From the NCBI GenBank assembly GCA_020184695.1, contig JAANOX010000033.1:1-64000 (forward strand): a stretch of 64,000 nucleotides of DNA, read 5' to 3'. The position numbers and the translations under genes were made by a program. Origin of the DNA: Histomonas meleagridis 2922-C6/04-290x (taxonomy: Eukaryota; Protista; Parabasalia). The notes beneath the pieces are model-generated. The model made no database searches and was not told where the DNA came from. It saw nothing but the letters and a program-made list of their open reading frames with translations. Positions 1-10,893 of this stretch are shown here, one piece after another (the stretch's first letter is position 1; the number at the start of each line of letters is the position of its first letter).

Positions 1-305
1 TGAAAATACTACTACTAATACTACTACTAAAAAATGAAACCAGCTGAAGAATTTCCGAAAGTGTTTTGTGAGTTTATCCGTTCATGTGAAATCACTTGAA
101 AATCAAGAGTTTGAAGGCTTAAAAATAACTTTCCCGGGAAGTACAAACGACAAGAAATCGTTTGATATGTGACTTTGTCGCAGTTTGCCATCGGCAAATG
201 TAAATTATATAAAAATAACTATCACATAACGAGATATTTTAATTTTTTTGTCATTCAACTTTTGCGTTAAATCATTCAAAAAATGCTCATTTTCTCCGAT
301 TCGTG

Positions 306-341
306 AAGGGTTAAAAAAAGGGTTAGAAAAAGGGTTAAAAA
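306..341 (+). repeat. Three-copy 12-bp tandem repeat with GGGTTA core
   Basis: aagggttaaaaa/aagggttagaaa/aagggttaaaaa; GGGTTA at 308, 320 and 332 (period exactly 12). Confidence 0.8.
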
Positions 342-389
342 AACATATTTGAAAATTAATAGGTACTTTTTCGATAAAAATAGACATAT

Positions 390-1756
390 TCATAAAGCAT
401 CTTCGTCAATTTCATCATCAACTATTTGTTCTTCTAATTTCTTATGATATTTTTCAAATCTTTCATGAACTTCTGGCAATAAATTATATACTTTTGTTGT
501 CTTTCCATTAATCCACTTTGGCGTTGCGATCCCAGTGAATTTTTTCATATTTGCAATAAAAGTTCTTGAACTGCAACTGTTGAATTTATTTTTTTCAACA
601 AAATCACAATATAAATTAAATAAATCAGGACCTGTTATGTTTTTGATTTTTTCGTAATTGTCTCTAGCGAATATTTCATAACTTGACATTGAAGCTTCTT
701 TTATATTTTCTTTTGCTTCACTGTTCGGAATTCTTCTTAAATTTACTTTCGACACATCCATTAACATAAAGAATGTAAATAAATTTTCATAAAATTCAGG
801 CGTGAATGAATCAGCAAGTTTTGAGAAATAATCAAAATCTTGTAAATGCTTATCACTTGTTTTTGTTACAACATATCTTCTATCATAACTTTCAATCTTT
901 ATTGGAACATCATTATTCGATACCATTATAAAATTCGCAACATTTTCTGTTTCTCTCATCGGTTCATTTTTTTGATTTATATTTATTGTTTTATCTGTTA
1001 TAATAGATTTTAACGCATCAGAATTTAAAAATTTATTAGTATCAATACTTTGTAATTCATTTAAAACCAGTAATTTTTTGTTTTCTAATGTTGCATTAAA
1101 TTTACCGACTACTGATTCTATATTCGTAACATTTTCATTTGCGTATCTTGCCATAAGTTTGCAAATTACATCTGTAAAGAATGTATTTTTTCCTGTTCCT
1201 TGATTTCCTAATATAACTAAAGCAACTCCAGTTTTGAAATTTGGTTTTTTTGAAGAATGCTTGCGATCCAAATTAGAATATATCTATAAATTTCTTCATT
1301 ACCATTTGCTATTACTTCTCTGACGTGATCTAAAAACGGTTGTATAATTTCTGTTTTTACTTTATCAAGCTTTTTATAATCATAACCTCTAAAGTAAGAA
1401 AAAATTTGAGGGTCATTTGAATAAAATTTTAATGCCTTCACCGTGAATATTTTTGTATTTTCTAAATATAAATCTTAAGCGCTAATATTTTTTGTTTTGT
1501 TTCCTTCAGTTCTTTTGCCAATAATTATTTTCTTTAGTTTCTGTTTTGCAACGTTTTCTGATGTATAACTTACTTTAACATAATCATTCACTGCGTCATA
1601 ATCTTTAAACATAAATACTTCAGGTGTTGAATCACATACTAAAAAACATTTCTTTAAATCATTTATTGCTTCATCTCCGTTTAAATCATAGTTTTTATTT
1701 TTTCTAATGTCCATTAAACAGAATTTGTCGTTTATATCAATACTTACCTCTGACAT
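390..1756 (-). pseudogene. Superfamily 3 (D5-like/phage-plasmid primase-associated) helicase, disrupted
   Basis: Three ORF pieces join into one ~455-codon gene. Likely ATG at 1756 (MSEVSIDINDKF), in-frame TAA at 1477-1475 (ISA*DLYLENTKIF), frameshift in an A7 run near 1245-1251. Walker A GNQGTGKN, Walker B VLNE, motif C FIMVSNN, arginine finger DRR. Confidence 0.8.
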
Positions 1757-2008
1757 CTTTTTAGTAAGAATAAAAAAACAAAAAACTACTTCAAAACTAA
1801 GCTTAATTTCCTTACTTACCTTACTCTTACTTACCTTGGTTTTTGTCCGCATGTATTTATCCTCTTTCTTAAAATTTCTAGTTTTTATAAATAAGTTAGG
1901 TAAGAGTAAGTAAGGTTTTAATATTTTTATTTTTCGCACATGTTTCCTTAAAACCTACCGTTAATCCTAATTTTCAATCATCCTCTCGTCGTTAATGCTT
2001 TCTTTTAT

Positions 2009-2057
2009 GTAGCGCGGCTTGAAGCGAGCGTATCACGTGAAGCTTCAATAGCGCTGC
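2009..2057 (+). other. GC-rich imperfect hairpin followed by a (GT)n run
   Basis: GTAGCGC (2009-2015) pairs with GCGCTGC (2051-2057); TTGAAGC (2019-2025) pairs perfectly with GCTTCAA (2042-2048); the loop contains the palindrome TCACGTGA. Confidence 0.6.
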
Positions 2058-2285
2058 GTGTGTGTGTGTTTTGATTTTTTAAATAAAATTGTAAGACATG
2101 AAAAAACTAATAAATATCAAATCAAAATATTTAATGTTTCCACAAATTTTTTTTTGAGAAAAAACCGCGTGTATCATATTATCTTCTTACTAAAATTGTT
2201 GAAGATAAAATAATAAAATCAAAAGTTATTACTCATATAAATCATCCATATTTTGCACAATATTTATCAGAGGAAAATAATAATA

Positions 2286-3576
2286 TATAGTGTTCCACCC
2301 CTACCGTAGTATCTTTTTATATAGAATAGATACAATAATATTTTTTATATATATAAAACACTAAATTTAATGGGTTTTGTTTTTTATTTAAAAATAATTT
2401 TTGTCAAGTCTATCATTAACTAATAATCGATAATTGAATGCAAAAAAATGACGTTTAAAATTTTTACCCCTCCATTATGGAGCTTGATCAAAAATCAATC
2501 ACAATATATCTCGCGATGAAGGGAATGTCAGCAAAAGCGATTCATACCGAAATGGAGATCATATTGGGCGAAGAATGTATTTCATATTCAAAAATATGTA
2601 AATACCTCCAACAAAGAAGTTTTAATCAAACAATGTCATCTAACATTAGTGAACCTATTACCCCTATTGACGAAAATGTTGATTTAAAAATTTTGGAAAT
2701 TTTAGATAAATTTCCATATGCTTCAATAAGACAAATAGCTAAGTTAACAGAGATTCCAAACACTACTGTATATAGGCATTATACTGAAAAGCTTGGCTAT
2801 GAAAATAAACTTTCAAAGTGGGTTCCACATTTACTGACGGAAGATATTAGATAAACAAAGAGTCACTAAATCAATTCAACTTTTAAAGACATTAGAGATT
2901 GCAAGACATAACAGTTATAAATATTTTATAACAGGTGACGAGTCCTGGTTCTATTATGATTATTATTATGTTCGACAATGGATACCACGAGGAACACCAC
3001 GAGGTACAATAAGCAAAAGGACTATTACGCAAAAAAAAGTAATGTTGACGGTTTTTTGGAATCCCCACGGATTTAAAGTTATTGACTTTCTTCCGAAGGG
3101 TGAAACATTTAATTCACAATATTATGTAAAATATATTTCATCAAAACTTTCCAAAAAAAATGGTACAAACTTAAAAAAGGACACAAGAAAAATTGCTGTA
3201 CATGCCGACAATGCAAAACCGAATACGTCGAGATTCACGACTTTATATATGGACTCCAACAAGCTCAAAAGGGCACCTCATCCCCCCTACTCCCCAGATA
3301 TAGCTCCTTCAGACTTTTTCCTATTTGGGTATGTAAAAAGAAAAATGGGAGGATTTCAATATGAGAGTAGAGAAGAGGTTGAAGAAAAAGTGACTTCAAT
3401 ATTATTGTATATACCGAAAGAAACTTTGCAAAGCGTTTTTGACGAATGGGAAAAAAGACTTAAAAAAGTTATCGAAACAAATGGAGAGTATATTTAATAA
3501 ACATTTCATTATTATTAATAAATTTAAAAAAACTTAAAAAATGAGTGAGATACTACAGTTGGGGTGGAACACCCTA
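2286..3576 (+). mobile_element. Tc1/mariner DNA transposon (D,D34D), 1291 bp, full length
   Basis: Inverted ends 2284-2314 and 3548-3578 match at 27/31 positions (TATAGGGTGTTCCACCCC..GTAGTATCT); TA duplication at 2284-2285 and 3577-3578; internal transposase. Confidence 0.93.
2477..3497 (+). pseudogene. Mariner transposase with one frameshift
   Basis: N-terminal HTH, WVPHLL motif, +1 frameshift at ~2838-2852, then TGDESW, HADN and YSPDIAPSDF; 34 residues lie between the second and third catalytic D. Confidence 0.92.
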
Positions 3577-4291
3577 TAAATTTTCGAAAATACCTATAGA
3601 ACTTAAAGAAAACAATTGGAAACTTCATAAAAAATTGATAGAAGAAGGAGTTAATCCGAATAAAATTTTAAAAATAATTGGAAATGATGATATAGAAAAA
3701 CTTCAAGAATTATCATCACAAACAAATTTTGATTTCAATCAAAAAATTGAACCATCGCTTTATGAAAGATTTGATTTTATTAATAATAAAACAGTATCAT
3801 TAATTGATTATGCAGCATTTTTTGGATCTGTTAAATGTTTTAAATATTTACTTATGAATGGTGCTAATGTTGAAAGAACAGGTAAATATGCTGTTGCAGG
3901 TGGAAACATTGAAATCATTCATTTATGTGAACAAAATCATTCATCATTTGAAGGTGCATATGAAACAGCAATTAAATATCATCAAAATGATGTTTTTAAA
4001 TATATTTATGAAAATAAAATAGCAAAAATTAACAAGTTAGAAAAATTAATAGAAAAATGTGTTCTATATCATAATTATGAAATTTTTTTGTTTTTAGAAA
4101 AAGGAATAAAAATTAATAATGAAGATTTTATTAATGAATCAGCAAAAATTGGAAATATTTTTATCATTAAATATTTCCTTGAGAAAAATCAATTTCCGCG
4201 GGATATTTTAGTTTTCGCATCAGAATCAGGAAATATAGAATTTATTAAATATATTTTAAATCAAAAAATAATTGACATCAATGCTAATGAT

Positions 4292-5057
4292 TTTTATTTG
4301 TCTAATTTTATGATTGTATTAAGATTTCTATATTTCAAAATAAGATTTGGAAATTTTATAAATTATTTGAAACAGCACTTATGAAAGCATCTCGACTTGG
4401 TGAATATGAAGTAGTAAAGTTACTTCTTGAGCAAGAAGGAATTGATATAAATGCTAAAAATTTTCATTTTTTTAAATTAATATTTGTTTAAGTAATTTTA
4501 TAACATTTTGATATAATATTTGGTCTTTATATAAATGATTTAAAACAGCATTTATCAATGCATCTGGAAATGGGTACATAGAAATTCTTAAATTACTTCT
4601 TGACCAAAAAGATATTGATATTAATGCTAAAGATGATTCTTATTTCTTGAATATGAAAATTATTTTTAAATATTGTGATTTCAAAATAATACTTGAAAAT
4701 TGTTTATTTTATATGATACAGCATTTATAAAAGCAACTCGCAATAATCATGTTGACATAATAAACATACTTCTTGAGCTAAAAGGTATTGATATTAACGC
4801 TCAAAATATTTTTTTGTTTTGTTTTATATTTGTTTTTATAATTTTGGAATTCATGACCATATTTGGAAATTATTTAAAATATTTGAAACAGCTCTTACTA
4901 TTGCATCTGAAAATAGGAATATTGAAATTGTAAAATTGCTTCTTAATCAAGAAGGAATCGACATCAATGTTAAAGACATTAAATAGTTTTATTTAGAATT
5001 TATTTTGCTAATATTGTCTTTCAAAATAATATATGGAAATTTTTCAATATTTATAAT
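4292..5057 (+). repeat. Five AT-rich inserts inside ankyrin repeats (4292-4371, 4462-4544, 4635-4717, 4808-4887, 4978-5057)
   Basis: Lengths 80, 83, 83, 80, 80 nt, each between the D/N of IN(A/V)xD and the ACA of TAL/TAF; the last 39 nt align without gaps. Confidence 0.85.
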
Positions 5058-5281
5058 ACAGCACTTATGTTAGCATCTAAAAATAACCAGAATGAAATTA
5101 TTGATTTACTTCAAGAAAAGCAAAGATTAGCTAATAAATAAATTTATTACATCTATTAAGATTATAAAATCAAACAAATATTATTCATATCAATAAAAAA
5201 TGTATCAATTTACAACATTATAAACAAAATGAATTTGAAAAACAGATTTTTACTATTTAAGAACAAAACATTTATATCGAA

Positions 5282-6994
5282 TTACGCCAACATTGCCAAC
5301 AAACACAAATAATCGAATCCATTCTTTGAGCAGCATCTTCTTGACACAGTTCTTGCCTCATGTAACTGCAATCCGAATATTCTCATTAACTCATTTTCAG
5401 CCACATTTTGACCTACGAAACCATTTTTTTGGTTATCCACTTTCTCAAAATTCTTTTTTAATTCCTCAACTTTCGACTTCTCATTTCTCATATAACTTAA
5501 AATCTCAAACAAATCCGACTGAGGGAAATCGTCAGCTTTTGCCTCCATATAATTTAATGCATATTCATCCGCATCATAAATTATAAATTTATAACAATTT
5601 ATCACTATTTCTTCTCCAAGTTTAAAGTCAGAAGGTTTAAAGTAATCTCCAGTTTTTTGGTTTTTAACTTTATTCCTTTGTATGAATTTCCCTTCTTTAA
5701 ATCCTGAATTCCTTTGTGGTAATTCAAAAACTGCAATTGTATCATCTGCTAAATAATATGCAATAACAAATTTCCGATTTACATCTTGTGGCCTTGGATT
5801 AGTAAACTTAGCTTCAAAGCGTAATATTAATCCATCATTGTTTATAAGCTTAACAACATCTTTCTTAGGTACTTTAGGATGTAATGAGGTACAATAACCT
5901 AATGAATCTTCTTCATCGCCCCAACCATTATATGGTGGAATATATTTCGTTTGTGTTGTCGGGTCATTTCGTTTGCTTTCATCAACTTGTAATGGCGTCC
6001 AATCATGTTTACCATATTTCTCATCTAAAAATTCCTTAGTAAATGAATCAGCATCATATATTAAAAATTGGCGACCAAATACTTCAACTGTTTGGCCAAT
6101 ATATAAATCTGAGTCTAAATAATATTCGTTACTGTTCGGCTTCTTTAAATGCGTCTTGCTCAAAAATTGTGAAACATTATCACGACCAGAGTTAATAGGT
6201 AACACTTGGCGGATCTCTATACTGTCGTCGACTAAGAAATAATGCAAAATAAATTTACGCTTCTCACCAAATAATGATTTTCGATCATCCCAAATTGTGT
6301 AAAAGCGTAAGACTTTCCCGTCAAATTCAAGAAATCGACGTAAATTGGTCTTATCTGTGTTAATATGCGTGACACGAATTGGACGATCAGTTAATTTACG
6401 TTTGATGGTATAAATGTCATCAGGTGGTTCTTCAAATTCACCAACTTCTTTACCCATGGATTGAAGATATTTCTCGGTAAAGGCATCACAGGAATAAATC
6501 CGATAAACTACACCAAAGATTTCAATATTGATTCCAACATTAAAGTCATCAGAAGTATAATAACGACCAGAACTATCAACTACTCGCATGCGCTTGAGGA
6601 ATACACCTTGTGCCATCCCACTATTTCGTACATGGTTTTCTTCAATCATAACTGTATCATCTTCAAGATATACCATTATCTTTACATATCGTGTACGAGT
6701 AGTTTCTTCATTGGATTCAGGAATTGTTTCCTTAAAATATGCATAAAAACGAAGAACAAGATGTTCATATGCAACATGTGCAGGGATATAATCAGGAAAT
6801 GTGGAAACTGGTTCTTTAGGTGGCGCTGTTACTATTGGTTTTGTGCTTCTTTGCATTAACGATTTTTCGATATCTTCTGGTCGAGGTGGCCTTTGTCCCA
6901 TTTGACCTGATGTAAGTGTAAGCATTTGCCCCTTGCGATAGTCTGTTCTTCTTGGATCATGAAAAGAATAACCAGGGAGCTTTGGGAGATTCAT
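5282..6994 (-). CDS. EFHC1: EFHC1/Rib72-like axonemal protein (three DM10 domains plus degenerate EF-hand)
   Basis: N-terminal LPKLPGYSF; three DM10-like repeats (VLRFYAYFKE, VLRFYTIWDDR, ILRFEAKF...RKFVIAYYLADDT). Confidence 0.9.
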   Translation of the reverse strand: MNLPKLPGYSFHDPRRTDYRKGQMLTLTSGQMGQRPPRPEDIEKSLMQRSTKPIVTAPPKEPVSTFPDYIPAHVAYEHLVLRFYAYFKETIPESNEETTRTRYVKIMVYLEDDTVMIEENHVRNSGMAQGVFLKRMRVVDSSGRYYTSDDFNVGINIEIFGVVYRIYSCDAFTEKYLQSMGKEVGEFEEPPDDIYTIKRKLTDRPIRVTHINTDKTNLRRFLEFDGKVLRFYTIWDDRKSLFGEKRKFILHYFLVDDSIEIRQVLPINSGRDNVSQFLSKTHLKKPNSNEYYLDSDLYIGQTVEVFGRQFLIYDADSFTKEFLDEKYGKHDWTPLQVDESKRNDPTTQTKYIPPYNGWGDEEDSLGYCTSLHPKVPKKDVVKLINNDGLILRFEAKFTNPRPQDVNRKFVIAYYLADDTIAVFELPQRNSGFKEGKFIQRNKVKNQKTGDYFKPSDFKLGEEIVINCYKFIIYDADEYALNYMEAKADDFPQSDLFEILSYMRNEKSKVEELKKNFEKVDNQKNGFVGQNVAENELMRIFGLQLHEARTVSRRCCSKNGFDYLCLLAMLA

Positions 6995-7764
6995 ATTTGG
7001 AGTTCTTTTCTCCTTAAAAGTGCATTTAACGTATAAAATACGTTAATAAATTATATCCTCAAAAATTTTCATATTTATCCTCTCCAAAACACATTTTGCA
7101 TACACACAAAAGTATATTTTTTTCTTCATAAGTATTACTTACTTATTCATTCAAACTTTGCTATTATGTCTTTATTTCTTATTTCTCATATCATTAAATT
7201 TGCATTTAAGCTTGTTTTGGTTATGAAACCATCAATTTGTTCTTTCCTTCTTATTGTGCTTATTCTTTTGTCATTGAATTTGTATTAACCAATTTTATTA
7301 ATTTTAGATAATTCATAATTTAAAGATTATTTTATTTTTGATACCAATAAATATACTTCATTTTCATTTTTTATTTTGTTTGATTTAAGTCATATTCATT
7401 CAAGATTTTTTTTTTTATCCACTTTTTATTTTTTCATAGCGATTTAAGATAAACATTGAAAAAGTGAAACAGTGATGTTCTAATCAATTTTTTATTTTTT
7501 AATTTTTCACCATCATTTAGTGGAATAATTTCATTGTTGAACTTAAAAAAATACAGATATAGTCTATTTCTGTTTATGCTATTAAATATTATTTGTAAAT
7601 TCTTTTTATTTATCGAAATTAAATAATAAGCTTTTCTCATAACGCCGATGATTGATTTTTTCTTTAGCTATACAATCAAAGTCATTGAAATTTTCATAAG
7701 AAATAAATACTCAATTCCATTCAAATAAATTTCAATCATTTACAAAGCACGTGCCAGGAAACAA

Positions 7765-10161
7765 ATGACAAATCCCCTTCAAAAGAAACTTGTTCCTGAG
7801 CTTCAGCGAATCTGTATTGAACTCGATAATTTAGCTCAACAAGCCACAGCCCATCGTCATAAGTTTCAGTATGCCTTTACACAATTTCGCGAATTTGTTG
7901 ATAAATTCGCCGAACATGCCACAGATGATCCTGTTTCTCGGGACCAGATTCAAGCATACAAAATGATTATTCAAGCTGCACAAGAATACGAAAGTTTAAT
8001 CGGGCAAAACATGGCACAAAATTGGGCGCAGACTGCAATTGAGTCGCACAGCTCGCAAATCGCCAGCGAGCTCTGCGCCATCGCCAGCAAACTCAAAGAA
8101 GTCACAGCTGTTATCGATCCGGTTGCCTGCAATTGCTTTAATCCCGGCGCCCAGCAATGGGTCCAGTATCACATTCTCGACTTACGCAGCATATACACAT
8201 CTTTCAGCCAATATAAGCCATCGGAAAATGATCCCGTCGAACCACTATTACGTCAACGAACCAAATCAATTGAAAACTTCCTCAAGCGTTATGAAGCCGA
8301 AGCATTAGCGCAAGGCCAACGTAACCTTTCGCCAATCCCAGTGAACTACCAATCGTGGCGAATTAGTCATGATATCATTGAACGTATCCGCGAAGTCGGC
8401 TCTGGTATTTCCGCTATTGTGTTCTATGGTCGCGACAAACGAACAGGGCAAGAAGTGGCCATCAAGCGTCTCAAAGCCAAGAAATTAGTTGGTGCCAAAC
8501 TTCAAGCATTTCAACGTGAACTTGCGATATTAGCGACTGCGCAACATCCGACGCTTCTTAAGTTCATTGGTGCCACAGACACACCACCGTATTGTATCCT
8601 TACAGAGTGGATGCCTGGAAACTCAGTTTATCACGACCTACATAAGTATCACAAGTTAAATGAGACGCAGCGTACATTTGTATGTTTCGATGTTGCGCGA
8701 GGAATGAAATTTTTACACTCGCGACAAATCATACATAGAGACTTAAAGACATTGAACATCTTAATCGACAAAGATGGGTTTTCACGTATTTGCGATTTCG
8801 GTGCATCACGTACAGTTGGACAAGGCGACTTATTAACAAAGAACATCGGTACACCGCATTGGATGGCGCCAGAACTATTAGAGTCAGGTCAAAATTATGA
8901 CAACAAAATCGATGTATATGCGTATGCTATTACATGTTGGGAAATCCTTACTGCACAATTACCTTATCAAGGACTCGATCCAACACAAATCATTGCGCAA
9001 GTATTGGTACAAAATATGAGGCCGCCTATACCTGATAATTGTCCTGAAGCTTTTAAGGATTTGATTACTGCTTGTTGGGATAGAGATCCGAAAAGAAGGC
9101 CGACTTTTGCACAGATTGTTCATGCGTTCAAATCAGGAAAGATATATATACCTGGTACAGATTTACAAAAACTTAGAGAATATTTGGATCAAGTTTTCCA
9201 AGAAGAACCTGATGAAATTGAAGATGAGATTAAAGAAGATCAAATTGAAGAAAGTAAGAAAGAAGAAAGTGCTGAAGAATTTATAGAATTATTAGAAAAA
9301 GAAGGTATACCTACTTCAAGTAATTTATTAGAGAAATGTTGGAATAGATTTAACTCATTTGATTGGAAAGCAAAGCCAAAATTATACGTGAAAGGTGCTG
9401 TATTGTTTTTGTCGACACATTACAAAGTGAAAATCGCCACTTCACTGAGGAACTTGCCAGTGAATTCGGTTGACAGGGAAGACGTTAAGAAGGCTATATC
9501 TGTTGTTCCAACTGGTAATGATTCTATTGATCTCGAATTGATCATTTTTGCTTGTAAGAATGGTTGTTCTGATCAAGCAGCAATTCATTCATTCCAAAAT
9601 GAACATTGTAAATTAGCATTAGAAGCATGTGCGAAATGTGGGGTACCCCAAGAATCGGTTGAAGCGGTTTCTAACCGTTGCGTATCATCTTTATCATCAG
9701 TTGATCCAATGTTAGTAGTTGCAGCTATTAGATGCTTAATTAAAATTAAAGAAGCTAAAAAGATTCCAGTAGAAATCATTAAGATGCATATGTTATCAAA
9801 AAACAAAACATTATATTTAGCATCTTATGTAGCAGCTGCAGCAATGGCTGATGAAGGAGCAGAGTTACCTTTGGATTTAATAGACGCACAAACTTCCAAA
9901 TGGATAACAGACCAATTGGCGACAACTGTAGTTCTTTCTGGTTGCAAACATATTAATGTATCGACACACATGTTAAGTAGACTTGCATTTGGCGCAGGCG
10001 CTCCGCCTGAAATAGCTATAAGGATACTGATGATGGCAAGCCAACATCAGCAGCTCAAAAGTCAGGTCATAGAGGGAATAGAGGCGCTAAAGAAAAAGCA
10101 AATCTCGCCCGACATAGCAAAGGCTGCTGACAGGCTGATGGCGAAATGCCAAAGTTCATAG
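7765..10161 (+). CDS. TKL-group protein kinase with N- and C-terminal helical extensions
   Basis: GSGISAIV, VAIK, HRDLKTLN, DFG, GTPHWMAPE, DVYAYA, WDRDPKRRPTF. Confidence 0.9.
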   Translation: MTNPLQKKLVPELQRICIELDNLAQQATAHRHKFQYAFTQFREFVDKFAEHATDDPVSRDQIQAYKMIIQAAQEYESLIGQNMAQNWAQTAIESHSSQIASELCAIASKLKEVTAVIDPVACNCFNPGAQQWVQYHILDLRSIYTSFSQYKPSENDPVEPLLRQRTKSIENFLKRYEAEALAQGQRNLSPIPVNYQSWRISHDIIERIREVGSGISAIVFYGRDKRTGQEVAIKRLKAKKLVGAKLQAFQRELAILATAQHPTLLKFIGATDTPPYCILTEWMPGNSVYHDLHKYHKLNETQRTFVCFDVARGMKFLHSRQIIHRDLKTLNILIDKDGFSRICDFGASRTVGQGDLLTKNIGTPHWMAPELLESGQNYDNKIDVYAYAITCWEILTAQLPYQGLDPTQIIAQVLVQNMRPPIPDNCPEAFKDLITACWDRDPKRRPTFAQIVHAFKSGKIYIPGTDLQKLREYLDQVFQEEPDEIEDEIKEDQIEESKKEESAEEFIELLEKEGIPTSSNLLEKCWNRFNSFDWKAKPKLYVKGAVLFLSTHYKVKIATSLRNLPVNSVDREDVKKAISVVPTGNDSIDLELIIFACKNGCSDQAAIHSFQNEHCKLALEACAKCGVPQESVEAVSNRCVSSLSSVDPMLVVAAIRCLIKIKEAKKIPVEIIKMHMLSKNKTLYLASYVAAAAMADEGAELPLDLIDAQTSKWITDQLATTVVLSGCKHINVSTHMLSRLAFGAGAPPEIAIRILMMASQHQQLKSQVIEGIEALKKKQISPDIAKAADRLMAKCQSS

Positions 10162-10893
10162 AAAAATGCGAAATAAAATCAACTAATGAATGCCCTTTTA
10201 CATATAATGAACTAAAAGAATTCGCAAAATGTCTCGAGCATGCGCTCAATCGAATTCTCTTGCGCAATGAACTCGTTTATTATATAACGAGAATCTCATT
10301 TTTGAAAATCTATTTTTCATGTGTAACATCATCGCTAATAATGTAACTAAAGAATAGTGTTTTGCTTTTCATCTTTAATTTACCTAAAATCGTGTGAATT
10401 TTATATAATTTTCGTGTATCAATGTGTTAAATGGTTATATATATATATATATATGTTGTCTTTGTCAAATCAATATCACTATAATGCTGCTTTATCTATT
10501 AATTTAATTATTTTTATGTGACATTTTGAATTTGCTTAGATAACATTGCTTAAAAAAATTATTAAATAAATTTCTTCATCACTAAACATCAATTCCTTAT
10601 TACTTCCTTAAAAAAGAAACTTTTTTATTAAACATATGATTATATTAGCACTATTCACTTAAGTGTTGTTAAATCCTTTATTTTATTCTTGCAACAAATA
10701 CAAGATGGCACCGCATCCAAAAATTCCAATGCTTCATTTGTTTAACTTTGATCATTCACTCAAAAACAAAATGATTTTTTCATATTTCTTCGAACATTTA
10801 CAAAAGAACAAAAAGATAGAAAAAGCGTTTTATTAAACATTGTTCCCCTCCAAATCACATCAAAATGATTTCATTCACACGAATACTATTTTA

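Larger units (their letters stand above)
2098..5141 (+). pseudogene. DUF3447-type ankyrin-repeat protein gene, split by a mariner insertion and by five regular 80/83-nt inserts
   Basis: The 5' piece (FFEKKPRVSYYLL...HPYFAQYLSEENNN) joins in frame to KFSKIPIELKENNWK when 2286-3578 is removed. DUF3447-like LIDYAAFFGSVKCFKYL/YAVAGGNIEIIH, then ankyrin repeats TAL/TAF...IDINAKD, stop at 5139-5141. A poly-T frameshift near 2150 makes the 5' start uncertain. Confidence 0.75.

Noticed and set aside
7-29. (ACT)n runs resembling the simple-repeat termini of Maverick/Polinton elements
   Set aside because: At the window edge, with no partner TIR or TSD visible; could be an ordinary microsatellite.
205-393. 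62-aa ORF downstream of the helicase
   Set aside because: Low complexity, overlaps the 12-bp repeat, no homology signal.
3545-3578. ATG start of the 279-aa ankyrin ORF
   Set aside because: MRYYSWGGTPY is read from the mariner right TIR; the true N-terminus lies left of the element.
4292-5057. Canonical GT-AG or U12 AT-AC intron reading of the ankyrin inserts
   Set aside because: No shared donor motif; the GT and AT positions tested against the conserved ACAG/AC give out-of-frame junctions; no ACTAAC branch motif.
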